A DNA stretch of 64,000 bases from Lama glama (taxonomy: Eukaryota), in the NCBI GenBank assembly GCA_028534125.1, contig CM052816.1, forward strand, positions 28,646,001-28,710,000. Direction: 5' to 3'. The notes beneath the pieces were generated by a model, which searched no databases, was not told where the DNA came from, and saw nothing but the letters and a program-made list of their open reading frames with translations. Each line of letters starts with the position of its first letter. Position 1 is the first letter of the stretch. This document shows, one piece after another, positions 1-11,680 of this stretch. The position numbers were made by a program, and so were the translations under genes.

Positions 1-2179
1 AAAGAGTGAAATGGAGAGAGAGACACAGACTCCCTGATTTACTTCTCCGTGATTCTAACCAATAGCTACAGTGAGGTTAAAAGTTTCACGATAGATCTAC
101 CTGCTCTCCAAACATCTACAGAGTAATGATGCAAAGCAGAACTGGGTCCATGCACAGTTTCTTCTCATCTGTTCTGTCTAAAATAGGGAGTGGAGGACAC
201 AGCGTAACACAAGAAGTATGTGCCCATAGATGCAGAGTTTTGATGGACTACTTACTCCTAATCTAAACCACCTCGCTAAAACAGTAAATATATTTCTGTG
301 CTGATGTAGGTTTCCCAACATCCCCCATCTTAGAAACGTCAACAACTGTAAAGCACAATTCTGCCAAAAGGAACCTGCCCAAATGTGTTCATTTTTTTAA
401 AAATGCCATAATGTTTCAAATGAAAACACAGCTTGCCAAAGATGTTGAATAAAAGGATAACAAAGAAACAAACAGCATCTTTAGACTTGAATTTCAAATG
501 CATAACCTCGCCATCTGTCAACCAGTTGTGAAGCAGTGATCCTAGAGAAGCCCTGCAAACACCAACAAGTTTTGTCCTCGCATCTATCATCTGTATCAAT
601 ATACACTCTCAGGACCTCAGTAGTAATTACGTTCTGTGTGTGGAGCAACCTACAAGAATGACAGTTCCCATTGGCAAACCGAACCCTGCTGATGAATGGG
701 TCATTTTAACAGACTTGCATTTGGTAACAAATGCGGAGTTCAGTTGACAGAGGTAATGGGGAGATGGAGAGAAAGAGGGGGGCTTTTTCCTCACATTTGG
801 ATTGGAAATCGGATAGAGGAGGTTAATCTTCAGAGGCCAAACGTCCAAACAACCCCCAGTCTCCTCCCATTTGGCCTCTGAAACCTGATTACAATTTTGG
901 ATGTAGACTACATCCTACCCCTTCCCTTCCCACCGGGGCCACCACCTCCGAAGTTAGTGTTAGCTCTCATGCAACTGGGGGTGCAGACTCCTGACCGAGA
1001 ACCTCACCAGGAACCCATTCAGTAGCGGCACACTGGGCTGGGACTCTGCCTGGGCTCTGCGACGCCACCCGCGGGCTTGCAGGATACCCGACCCCTCCCA
1101 ACCCCGCCCTCGCCCCCGCCTGGAGCTGCAGCTAGGGTTACGCATCCTCAGCCTTGACACTGCCTCCGCTTCTCTCTATCCCGATCAAGGCTTGTGGGGG
1201 TGGGAGGGCAGAAGTGGAATGCGGGTGGCAGGGAGCGAGAAAGAACCAAAACAGTCCTGGTAACCAAGAGCCAGGACGCAACTGGGAAGACCCTGGTGCA
1301 TGCACACTACACACACACACACACACACACACACCACACACACACACACCCACACCACACACACACACACCACACACACATACACACACACAAACACACA
1401 CACACACACACATACACACACACACTCACCGACGCGCCCTGTGCCCCAGGTTCTATGCCAACTGGCGACAAGATGGGAGGAAGGAAGGAGGTGGGGTGGC
1501 GGGAAGGCCCGGAGTTACTGAGAGCGACGTTCGGAAGAGAGCAGGGGATGCCCCAGGGATTGAGAAAGTGAGAAAGTCCCAGACTCCCTCTATACCCCAG
1601 GTCTGGGCTCTCCTGCCTGCAACCATGGGTCGCCTTCCTTCAGTGAGGTTCGGGAAGCGGGGAGAGGAGCTGGAGCCGAGCTTCTCCCAGGCTGCCCTCT
1701 CGAGCCTGGCCCGGTGCCCGGAACCTGGCTCCCCCTCAGCCCCGGCCCGGGGAGGCTGCCAGGCAAGGGGCGACTTGCCAAAGGACTCTGGGGGAGCAAG
1801 AGGGCAGGAAGGAGCATCTTGCACTCTCCGGCCAGCTGCTGGTTTCTTCCCCTGTCGACACACCCCCAGTTAACCCCCTTCCCCGACACACACACGCACA
1901 GATACAGAGACACACGTGTTCACCCCTCCCACCATCCCAGGTCTATCGATTAAAACACTAGTTGATTTCTGACGGAGAAAAAAAAAGGAGAAGAAAAGAG
2001 AAAAAAATAAAGTGCAACAACTCTTCTCAGGAGTCTCCGGAGCAAAGAAAGTCCGTAGGCAGGCGTCTTTCCATAGTTTCCTAGGAGTTAAGAAATCTGG
2101 CGGTCCCCAGTGAAAACGAGACCGGGAACCCCGAGGGGTGAAAGGCGACGAACTCCTTCCCCACCCCCGCGCTTCTTAC
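1..2179 (-). other. PRR16: PRR16 intron 1 (5' part; continues beyond the left edge of the window)
   Basis: Starts at the GTAAGA donor. The expected next exon (VVDQIDTL...) is not in 1-2179. Confidence 0.9.
1303..1428. repeat. Imperfect (CA)n microsatellite, ~125 bp
   Basis: Directly visible interrupted CA dinucleotide run. Confidence 0.97.
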
Positions 2180-2338
2180 CTCCTTAAGTTCCTTGGCCAC
2201 GTCCTTCAGGTCGCCCAGGACTAATTCCAGATCCTCCACGATGATCTTGATCTGTTCCTTCACCTTGGTTTTGGAGGCTGCCGGCGGTCCCTCGGCTGGA
2301 GAGGACGAGGAGGGGGTCCCCTTGGACTTGGCTGACAT
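2180..2338 (-). CDS. PRR16: PRR16 (proline-rich 16 / Largen) coding exon 1, first 53 aa
   Basis: Minus-strand ATG at 2338 (context AGAatgT, A at -3) translates MSAKSKGTPSSSSPAEGPPAASKTKVKEQIKIIVEDLELVLGDLKDVAKELKE, matching the Largen N-terminus as I recall it. The 159-nt phase-0 exon ends GAG|GTAAGA, a consensus donor at 2179. Confidence 0.96.
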
Positions 2339-2620
2339 TCTTTGGGGCAAGTGAGGCAGGTCAGCACAGGCGGGCGAGCGGAGCCTGCTGCGCGCCCCGG
2401 TCCCTGGCGCCGCTGCGGCCGCCCCGATCCCACCACATCTTGGACGCTCCCAGGGCAGCGGCTGCTGGCTGCGCTCGGCGCACGGCCGGGCGGCCGCACT
2501 GTGGTGCTGCCATCAACTCCCCGAGACGCGGCGCTCGGCGCGGGGCTGCAGACGGGCGAACAGCGCGCCTGCGCCTCCTCCCGCCGCCGCCCGTCGCTCT
2601 CGCGCACACACGCGCTCGCC
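2339..2620 (-). other. PRR16: PRR16 GC-rich 5' UTR (TSS position approximate)
   Basis: Very GC/CpG-rich sequence contiguous with the coding exon. The TSS is inferred just downstream of the GC box at ~2620-2630 and cannot be fixed from sequence alone. Confidence 0.6.
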
Positions 2621-4606
2621 CCCCGCCCGCGGAGAGGGGCGCCCGGCCGCCGTGCCCAAGGCCGTCAGCTGCAGTCCCCGCTTCACGTGCCTCCGGGATC
2701 TCTCCCAGAACACCTGGGCATCAGGGCGCTGGGAGACAAGTTCCTGTCCTGCCCACCCCCTCGTCTGGATGCTGATATGCCCTCATCATCTCAGCCTGCT
2801 GGATGCCTACCTACATCCATCCTGGATTCCTTCTGCTTTCCCCGCCAGCAGAGACCTGGATTCCCCACCACGCTTTCTGATCAATTTATAAAGAACCCCG
2901 ACAGGGTCAGAAGTTGGATTTCGGGTTAGTAAAGCGACCCTAAATGTTTATTCAGGACCAAAATGTGTCCAGAGGGCCTCCAGTCATTCTCCTACTCACC
3001 TACAAGTTAAACAGAGGTGTTCTCACTTGTGCAGAAAAAAAAAAAACAACAGATGTGGTAAAAAGCGACCCCCCACCCCCTGAAATCATGATTTTCAAGA
3101 GTTCTTGAAAGAGGTAGCTTAATCCCGCTGATTCCACAAAGTTAATAGCAGGTTTATTAATTGGAAGTCCTCACACCAGAAATCCCCTGAGAGACTGTCT
3201 GAGTCATCTTGACTGTACTTATCTGGGACATTTTTTTTTTTTCAAACTCTCCTTCCTCTTTTCCTGACCTATGCTGATGTCTGTTTTGGGTAGAGTGAGG
3301 GGGCAATACCCTGGAGCTCCATTTGTGGGAGATGAATAAGAAGAGTTTTCCTTCAACTTTTTTTTCCCCCCCGTCTTTTTTTTTTTTTTTTTTGCATCCG
3401 TTTCAAGCCTTTTACAACCAAATAAAAAGGAAATAACTTTCTGACTGTTCTGTCAAAAGGACAGAGGGAAGGCAGTTTAAATGGAAGCCTTCAGTTTCAT
3501 TCTCAGTAGGTGGCTATGATTCTCATTAGCTTAAGTTTTAATTTCCTTAATGGCAAACCTATGAGTTGCTAGCTACTGACCTGGCAGGCTGGCTCCACTT
3601 TATTTTCCTCAGTGCACACTACTCCAAATCATTATTTTGATAGGCCCCCATTTGGCCATGCCTTAGCAGGGATCTCTGCTTTTTGCTTCTCACTCCCCAG
3701 GTTGTTCCAACATGCTTCTTTGCATGAAGAAAACCTTGACCAGCTCTCCTCTTCCTAGTTCCTTTAGTCCCTCATATTCACTCTCTGCATTCTGAACAAT
3801 TCCTCTTTATAAAATCCTATTTGGATTATGGAAGAAAAAAGAGACAACAGAAGAGAAATAGAAAGTTAGAAGTAGTGTCAAAAGGATAACAACACTGGAA
3901 AATACATTGAAAAATCAGAGGAAAAAGAAGACAGGTAGAAAGCAGAAGCTGCTGGAAGAGAATTAAAATAAGGAAAGAATAAAAGAACCAGTGGGCACTA
4001 AGCCAATCAGAGAAGATAAAAGAAATAATTAGAAGTGTTAGATAAATAACATGCTTGAGTTCTCTAAGGTGGAGACAAAATTTTTTTTAAGTTTCCTTGT
4101 TTCTGCAGGTTATTCTCTATTTTACAAAGATATAACAGTAAAAAAAAAAAAGTTATCAGGTTTACAAATTTCCCTACTGTAAATTCCTAACCTTTCATTA
4201 TGCTCTTATTTCATATTTGAAGATAAGTGGTCAGAAATGGCAAATGAGAATGTGAGAGAAAAGAGAAAGTGCTGCTCCTGTGTATTTGAACTTTTGACTC
4301 TCAACAGTAGGCAAATGAATGGGGAAGCCCAAAAAACCCAAAGTATAATGATTTTAGGCAAGCATACTGGAGAAGAGGAAAGGAAGAGCTGTTTTCCTTC
4401 CATTGACAAAATAATCCTTTTGTTAATATAAGCATATTTACATTCTACTCTCAATATCCTTCACTGAAGATTTTTTAAAAATCTGTTTTCCTATGATATC
4501 CATTACTATTAATGAGGTAAACTATTCTGGCTCAAAACTGAATCATAATTATTACTCTAATACACACTGTGCACGTCCACATCACAATTTACTCTTAAAT
4601 AATGGT

Positions 4607-4656
4607 TATCTATCTATCTACCTACATACCTACCTACCTACCTACCTACCTACCTA
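4607..4656. repeat. (TATC)n(TACC)n tetranucleotide microsatellite
   Basis: tatctatctatctacctacatacctacctaccta... directly visible. Confidence 0.9.
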
Positions 4657-5805
4657 TATTTAAATACAAGATGGAGTTGTATTTTAACTGAAAGGGGAAA
4701 AGTTAAAATTGGCTTCCAAAACCAAACTGAAAAAATGAGTTGGACCCCAGCAGTGGTGGCTACTACTATCTTCCGGTTATTAAATGAATATGGGTAAAAT
4801 ATTCCAAAAGAAGAAAGTTTTATAAAGAGAGTTAAAGATATTGAGGGGAAAGAGACAGGCTGAAAAGGATACAAGGACATAAGTTTTGCTCCCTATTTTT
4901 TATCACCCTTGTGGAAAAATTAGTCATTCCTTTGGCTCATTCTGTACTCTCTCAGACATTAGTCTATGTGATGTTTTAAAGCCAAATTATGGGGACCACA
5001 CAGCAAAAGTGACACCCAATAAAATTTCTTATGAATGTGTTCATAAATTTGTTTATGTACTAGTGCTGGAGGCAAATGGATACATGCTCAAACCACATCA
5101 CTTACAAACTTAGACAGAACAACAAATTGCTAATAGAAAAGTGTCTTATTTATAGAAGTGATTGTGCACCCAGTATTCTATAATTTCTTTCTCTTTAGTC
5201 AGCTTTTTCTGAGTTTTGCAGCAGGAAGGACTGGATAATTGTAGAAGATCATCGAGTGTCTGGTTGTTCAGTTACAAGCACTTATCAGTATTCTCCTCTG
5301 TGTGTGTGTGTTTAATCTATTGCATTCTCTCTAATACTTAACCTACACGAGGAAATGCTATGATAAAGACATACTTTTTAATTCACAAAGAAGTCAAGAA
5401 TGTACCCAAAATATTTTGTCCAATTTTGTTGGCACTGGCTTTTATTGATATACGATCATAATAATGTTCATTGAGTCCCCCCAAAAGGATGATATACATA
5501 ATACAACATCACTTTTAATGGAGACTCTTGGTGTTCTTTCTTTTTTGTCTTTTGCACAAACTAATTTTCGTTTATAAAATCCAATGTTATTAGATATATG
5601 TGAAAATATTAAGACAAAGAAAAAAAAAAGGAATGACAACTTTGTTCCCACCAAAATAGTTTTCACTGGGGAGATGTGGGTGAAAAATAGTGGAGAATGA
5701 CATGGATGTCTAGGAGAGAAAATGATGTTAGTGAAACACAGCAGAGAAAAATTAAAAAAGTTCTCCATATATATGTTGACTATGAAGTATACTGTATACA
5801 TCTAG

Positions 5806-5968
5806 AAGTGATTCTCAAACTCTGGCATGGATCAGAGCTTGTTAAAACACAGACTGCTGGACCTCACAACCAGAATGTCTGATCTCACAGGTCTGGGGTG
5901 GAGACTGATATTTGCATTTTAACAAGTTTCTAGGCTTCTGGAAAGAGACCACACTCTGAAAACCACTG
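5806..5968. mobile_element. MER5A-like hAT-Charlie MITE
   Basis: Terminal inverted repeats AGTGATTCTCAAA ... CTGAAAACCACTG, with internal 'gcttgttaaaacacagactgctgg' and 'tttgcattttaacaagtt' typical of MER5A. Confidence 0.8.
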
Positions 5969-6019
5969 TTTGAGAGATGAAAGAAAGCGTTAGGTTTCTT
6001 TTTAGCCAGAATAAGCCTT

Positions 6020-6160
6020 AAAGATCATCCAGTTATACCTCTTCATGTTACAGATGAGAAAACAAGGCCTTAGGAAGTTAAATGGTACATCCACTGTTTC
6101 ACATCTAGGGAATACAAATTGGGATCTAGAATCCCACTCTGACTCAGATGTTTGTGGAGT
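6020..6160 (-). mobile_element. MIR SINE fragment
   Basis: 'ttacagatgagaaaacaaggcc...gaatcccactctgactc' is the reverse complement of the MIR core. Confidence 0.7.
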
Positions 6161-6689
6161 TGTCTCCATTTGTTTGGAGAATGTCTCCTTTTTATGTATC
6201 AATTGCTTTTGGCATGATGGCTACCTACTATAGATGCATATTGGTAAATCAAACAAACAAACAAACAAAACGTGATCTGAAAGTTTAAATACAAATTCCC
6301 ATTACAGTGTCCTCAGTAATTAGAACTTTATCTATTCCAAAGAAGCTGCTCACTAAATACGTGATAAGGAGATGAATGAATGAATAAAGTGTTGTCTCTC
6401 TCTGTATATTTTGAAAAATTTAATTTCACAAATATTTCTTAAATAACTAGTCTCAGCAAGAATCTGTGACATGGAGTACATGTGCCACTAGGTTTAGCAA
6501 GACAGTCCCTGCAGGAACAATTAGAGAATTCCTCACATCACTCTTAATATAAAATAATTTTACCTTAGGGTATCTCTCTCTCTCTCTCTCTTTTTTTTTT
6601 TTTTGGCCTTCTTTCTCAACTACAGTTTATTTTATTTGACCTACAAAGTCAACGTATACATGACATTTTTTTTCTTACTTTTTTTACAT

Positions 6690-7040
6690 GAGACAGAAAC
6701 TGAACTTTTGCTTAACTTAACAAAGGAAATTGTCTCATAGCCATAGAAAGGCAAGGAGAGAAATACTTTCAAGTAGAATTGGAGCCAGAAATTCTAGGAC
6801 CATTGTGACTATTTCATTCTGTCTGTGTATCCCACTTTTTTTTAGCAGGTTGGCTTCTTTCTTAGGCTAGTTTCTCCATAAAGCCAAAACTTGGTCAATG
6901 GTAAGTCCAGATTCACATCTTTACAACTTTGCAGCTAGAAAAGAAAGAGGTAATCACAACAAGCTCCCAGGAGAGGACTTTGATTGGTCCAGCTTAGACT
7001 ATGGACACATGCTTTGGCCAATCACTGTGATTGACTCAGG
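6690..7040. mobile_element. Old MaLR LTR fragment (MLT1J/K-like)
   Basis: 'gactttgattggtccagctt...ccaatcactgtg' motif typical of old MLT1 LTRs; heavily diverged. Confidence 0.5.
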
Positions 7041-7649
7041 TGCAAAGCTGCTATTCTTTTTAAAAAAGTCACACAATTATATACTTGTTACCATGATTTT
7101 CCAGCAGGTGGCAGTAAAATGAGTTATTCTACAAAAATCTATATATTATGATAATTTTCTGATACATGGAAGTATTTTTAGGAAGCAAAATCATTTTCAA
7201 ATGCATACAAAGACATCATATATATGAATTAGCAATGGTCCTGCTTGGGTCAGTAACTAGTGATAAGGAAATTTAATGACTGGCCCAACTTGAATCAGGT
7301 TGCCTATACCTGTGGCCCATTTTTTCCCCAAAACAGAAGATGAACCCCTGGAAAAATAAAAATAAAAAATAGCCACACTACAGCCTTTAGATTGGATCAA
7401 CCTTACTTTTTTCTCATACTTGGAGACTGACATTTTTAAGTTGTTTTTGCTTCCCAAAGCTAGCTGCATTCAAATCTTAGTTTTAGCATTTAGTGTACCC
7501 CCTTCATCCATTCTCATCTCAGGGTCCCAGCTCTAAAGACCTGCAATTCTGTGATTTATATATTTATAATCTGTGGAATTTCCCAAGCAATAATAGCAAT
7601 GAAATAATATTCGGGCTCTTGTCCACAGTCTTTGAAAATGCTTCAAGGA

Positions 7650-8355
7650 AGGCGGCATTTGGATCCCACCCGTAGGAGGGGGCTAGTTGCCAGGAGAACC
7701 AACCACGTGATTAGAAAGCTGGAACTTTCACTCTCACCCCCTGACTTCCAGAAAGCGACGAGGGACTTGAGGTTAAATCAGTCACCACTGGCCAATGATT
7801 TAGTCAATCATGACTACGTAATGAAGTCTCCATAAAAACCCAGAAGGACAGCTTTTGGTTCTCCTTTTCAGAGAGCTTCCAAGTTGGGGAGCTACAGTGC
7901 TTCCAAGTGCCACTCTGCTGGGTGCCAAGCTCCAGGAGGACAGAAACTCCTTTGCTCTGGACCTCAACCTATGTCTCGCTTCATCTCACTGTTGATTTGT
8001 ACCCTTTAATATCCTTTTTATAGTAAATCAGTAATCTAGTGAGTAATGGGTTTTCGTGAGTTCTGTGAGCAGTTCTAGCAAATTCATCAAATCCAAGGAG
8101 GAGGTTGTGGGAACCTCTGATTTATAGTCAGTCAGTCAGAAGTACAGATAACAACCTGGACTTGAGTTTTGTGTCTGAAGTACAGGCTGGTGTTGTAGGA
8201 CTGGAGCGCTTCACTCATGGAATCTATTTCTATCTTGCAGTAGATGGTGTCAGGATTGAGTTCAATTCATGGACACCCTGCTGGCATCTGAGAATTGCTT
8301 GTTGGTGAGGGGAAGGACCCTCCCCCTGACACACACACATGTTGGAACTGGGTCC
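7650..8355 (+). mobile_element. MER21-family solo LTR
   Basis: Diagnostic stretches 'ggccaatgatttagtcaatcatgactacgtaatgaagtctccataaaaaccc', 'tgagttctgtgagcagttctagcaaatt' and 'gtagatggtgtcaggattgagtt'. Confidence 0.8.
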
Positions 8356-9104
8356 AGGAACGCTTTTCAAGACCTCACCCAGCCCAGAGCTGCTGAACTG
8401 CCCACCACATGTGCAAGCAAAATATTGAAACAATTATTCCCTTTCACCCAAGTTTTCAAGAGTTTCCACTCATCCTGAAACCTTGGGACCCATGCCTGAC
8501 ATCTCATTCTACCCAATCTGATTCCACCTCTCAGCTTCAAACTGCTGGGCCAAGTGAAGTAAGAACTTAAGACTTTCAATACTCCAGGCCAAAGAGGTGT
8601 TCTTAAAACTTGGCCAGTAGCCACTCTGCACAATTTAACAGCTTAACAGCCTCTTTCCATGAAAGGTGATTCAGCCACAACCAAAGAATACTCGATCTTT
8701 TAGGGGAACCCAATACACCCTGCTAGCACCAAAATAACTGAAAGTCCTATTCAATCATTCTTGTGTCCAATTAATTTTAACAGCTACTTAAACAGTCCTA
8801 TCATTGTTAAGTTTCAGGATTTTTTTTCCAAGGAAATGAGTAAGGGTGAGCCAGCAATCACTAGTGAATCACTACTGTTTCTTATCTAATAGAGTCAGAG
8901 AGGACAGAGATGCTGGCAGAGGTTGCACTACTCCCTCTACTTACAGAATACCTTGACTTTCAGGAATATAAAGCCACATCCTGCCAGATGTAAGGTGGTA
9001 CCAATGTTATCTACTGTGTATCGCTAGATACAGTGTATGTACAGTTTTAGTTTCTCATCTGGGATGGAATAACCCAAATCTGCAAACAATCTAGAACATT
9101 CTGT

Positions 9105-11680
9105 GTAATGCCTAACCTCCAAAACTATGAGAAAAATAAATCTTAGAGTTGAGGCCACGCAGTTTATAGTATTTTGGTATGGAAGCCCAAGCTGACTTAG
9201 ATAGATTTTGTTTTATTTTTCCAGCTTCGTTGAGATATAATTGACATATGATGTTGTGTAAGCTTAAGATGTAGATGTGCTGATTTAATACATTTATATA
9301 TTGTAAAATAATTACTACCAAAGTGTTACCTGTGAACACCTCCATCCCATCATATAATTATCATTTCTTTTTTGTGGTGAGAACATTTAAGATCTGTTCT
9401 CTTAGCAAGTTTTAATTATACCGTGCAGTATTATAAGCTAAAATCACCATGCTGTATTTGAAATCCCTAGAACTTATTCATTTTATAATGAGAAGTTTGT
9501 ACCCTATGACCAATATCTCCCCTTTTCTCTACCTGCCAGCCCCTGGTAAACACCATTCTACTCTCTGTTTCAAGAATCTAGCTTTTTTAGATTCCACATA
9601 TAAGTGATAGCATACAATATTTCTTTTTCTCTGTCTTATTTCTCTTACAGTAATACCCCCAAGGTCCATTAATGCTGTTACAAATGGCAGGGTTTTCCTT
9701 TATCGTGGGTGAATAATATTTCATTGTATATGCATACTGCATTTTCTTTATCCGTCCATCCATTGACAGAAACTTAGGTTATTTCTATATCTTGCCTCGT
9801 GAATAATGCTTCAGTGAACATGAGAGTACAGATAGATATCTCTTTGAAATCTTGATTTCATTTCCTTTGGATATATACCTAGAACTGCAATTGCTGGATT
9901 ACATGGTAATTCTAAAAGATTTTGGTACTGAGAAGGTGCGGTGCTGCTGTAACAAATATCTAAAATGTGGAAGCAGCTTTGGACATTTGAGCCATTCTGG
10001 CAAGGGCTGAGAAAGAAAAGAGAGCTGGAGAGAAAGCCTCCATCTTCTTAGAGTCCATAAATCCTCATGAATAGGATGTCTGTAGCCATATGGATATTGA
10101 GGACCATTCTGGTAATGGCTCATGCAGAAATGAGGACATGTTATTGCAAACTGGAGGAAAGGCGATCCTTGTTACAAAGTGAGAAAGTACTTGGCTACAG
10201 TGCATTTATGTTCAAGTGTTTTATGGAAGACAGAATTTACCAGTAATGAAATTAGATGTTTAACTGAAGAGGTTTCCAAGCAAATGTTGAAGGAGCAGTC
10301 TGGTTCCTCCTGACTGCTTATAGCATAATGCGAGAAAAGAGAGATGACTCGAATGAGGAATTGGTGAGCAAATAAGGAAACAGAACTTAAAGATTTGGGA
10401 AATACTCGGCCTATTCTGCAAAAACAAATTAAAAGGCACGTTCAGACGAGAATAACAAGGGTGAGGCTGGACTATCCATCAAAGAGAAAATGGAATTATA
10501 CAAACTGAAACACAGCCAGTTTGAGCAGAAGGGGACAGAGATAGAACAAAATGCAGCAAGAATGTCAAACTTCTTAGATTCTATAGGACTGGATCATAAT
10601 GCTGTGAGGATGGAAACATGCACTCTCCTTAAGAAAAGGGAAAAAAGACCCCAGAGACCATTCAGAGATCATTGGGACCACCGCCCTGGATTTAACAGGT
10701 CACATGGCTTTCAATCAAATACTTGGGGACTAGACAATTCTGTAAAGCAATGGAACAGGGCAGCCAGAGCCTTGGGGGTCTGACCCCCAGCCATCAGAAT
10801 CATGGAGAGAGGACCACCAGTCCAGTGGGTCCTGAAGACAGGACTGCAGCCATAGTGGGCCTGTGGAGCAGAACACTGAATCAAAGAATATTACTCTTCA
10901 GCATCAAGATCTGATGGAGTTCACCTCGCTAGGTCTGGGACTTGCTGGGGACCCATCACTCTTTCCTGCTTTCCTATTTCTCCCTTTTGGAATGGGATGC
11001 CTAGTCTATGCTACCACTGTGTTTTGGAAACACATTAATTTAGCCGATTTCACAGATTCACAGATGAGAGTAATTTTGCCTCAGGATGAATTATACCTCA
11101 AGTCTCACCCATATCTGATTTAGATAATATTTAGCTGGGACTTTAGACTTCAGATTTTAAAGCTGATGCTGCAATGAGTTAAGACATTGGGGACTGTTGG
11201 GATGAAATGAATGTATTTTGCATGTCAGAAGGACATGAATCCAGGGGGCTGGGGCAGAATGGTATGGATTGAATGTTTGTTTCCCCTCACAATTCATATG
11301 TTTAAGCCCTAACTTCCAGTGTTACAATATTGAGTGGGGCCTTTGGGAGGTAATTAGTGTTAGACAAGGTCATGAAAATGGGCCTTTAGGATAGAAATAG
11401 TGCCCTTAAAAGAAAATGTAGAGATTTCCTCTCTTCCCCACCCTCCACCCCTACTTTTTTTTCTCTCTCTCTCTCTCCAAGTACAAGCACCAAATAAAGA
11501 CCATGTGAGAACATGGCAAAAAGAGGAAGAACAAGCCAGGAAGAGAACTCTTAACAGGGACTAAATCTTCTGGCACCTTGCTCTTGGACTTCTCGGCCTC
11601 CAGAATGGTGAGAAAATAAATCCCTATTCTTTAAGCCACTCAGTCTGTGGTGTTCTGTTATGACAGGCAGATCTCCCTGA
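9105..11680 (+). mobile_element. MLT1A-like MaLR element: 3' remnant of the 5' LTR (~9105-9202), internal region (~9917-11259), 3' LTR (~11260-11680); interrupted by an L1
   Basis: LTR 3' motif 'cctcca.aa...tgagaaaataaat...gccac.cagt' occurs at ~9116 and ~11597. The internal region starts 'gattttggtactgagaaggtgcggtgctgctgtaacaaatatctaaaatgtggaagcagctttgga', and a purine-rich tract precedes the 3' LTR start 'tggtatggattgaatgtttgt'. Confidence 0.8.
9211..9916 (-). mobile_element. 5'-truncated L1 (L1MA-type 3' end)
   Basis: T-rich tail followed by 'ttgagatataattgacata...ttttagattccacatataagtga...gctggattacatggtaattcta'; flanked by AGATTTTG at 9203-9210 and 9917-9924. Confidence 0.85.

Larger units (their letters stand above)
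1020..2720. promoter_or_regulatory. CpG island / TATA-less promoter of PRR16
   Basis: Dense CpGs, especially 2270-2700, against a CpG-depleted background. GC box GGGCGG on the minus strand at ~2623-2628 and E-box CACGTG at 2684-2689. Confidence 0.85.

Noticed and set aside
1138..1953. Overlapping long ORFs (239 aa and 125 aa on +, 136 aa on -, etc.) with HT/CV repeats
   Set aside because: Products of the (CA)n microsatellite and stop-poor GC-rich sequence; several have non-ATG starts, none resembles a known protein, and they lie in PRR16 intron 1.
2081..2179. C-terminal 'VRSAGVGKEF...' extension of the PRR16 ORF in the ORF track
   Set aside because: Read-through past the consensus GTAAGA donor into intron 1.
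2342..2929. 195-aa plus-strand ORF antisense to the PRR16 5' UTR/promoter
   Set aside because: TTG start, Arg/Pro/Ala/Gly-rich composition expected from a CpG island, and no recognisable domain.
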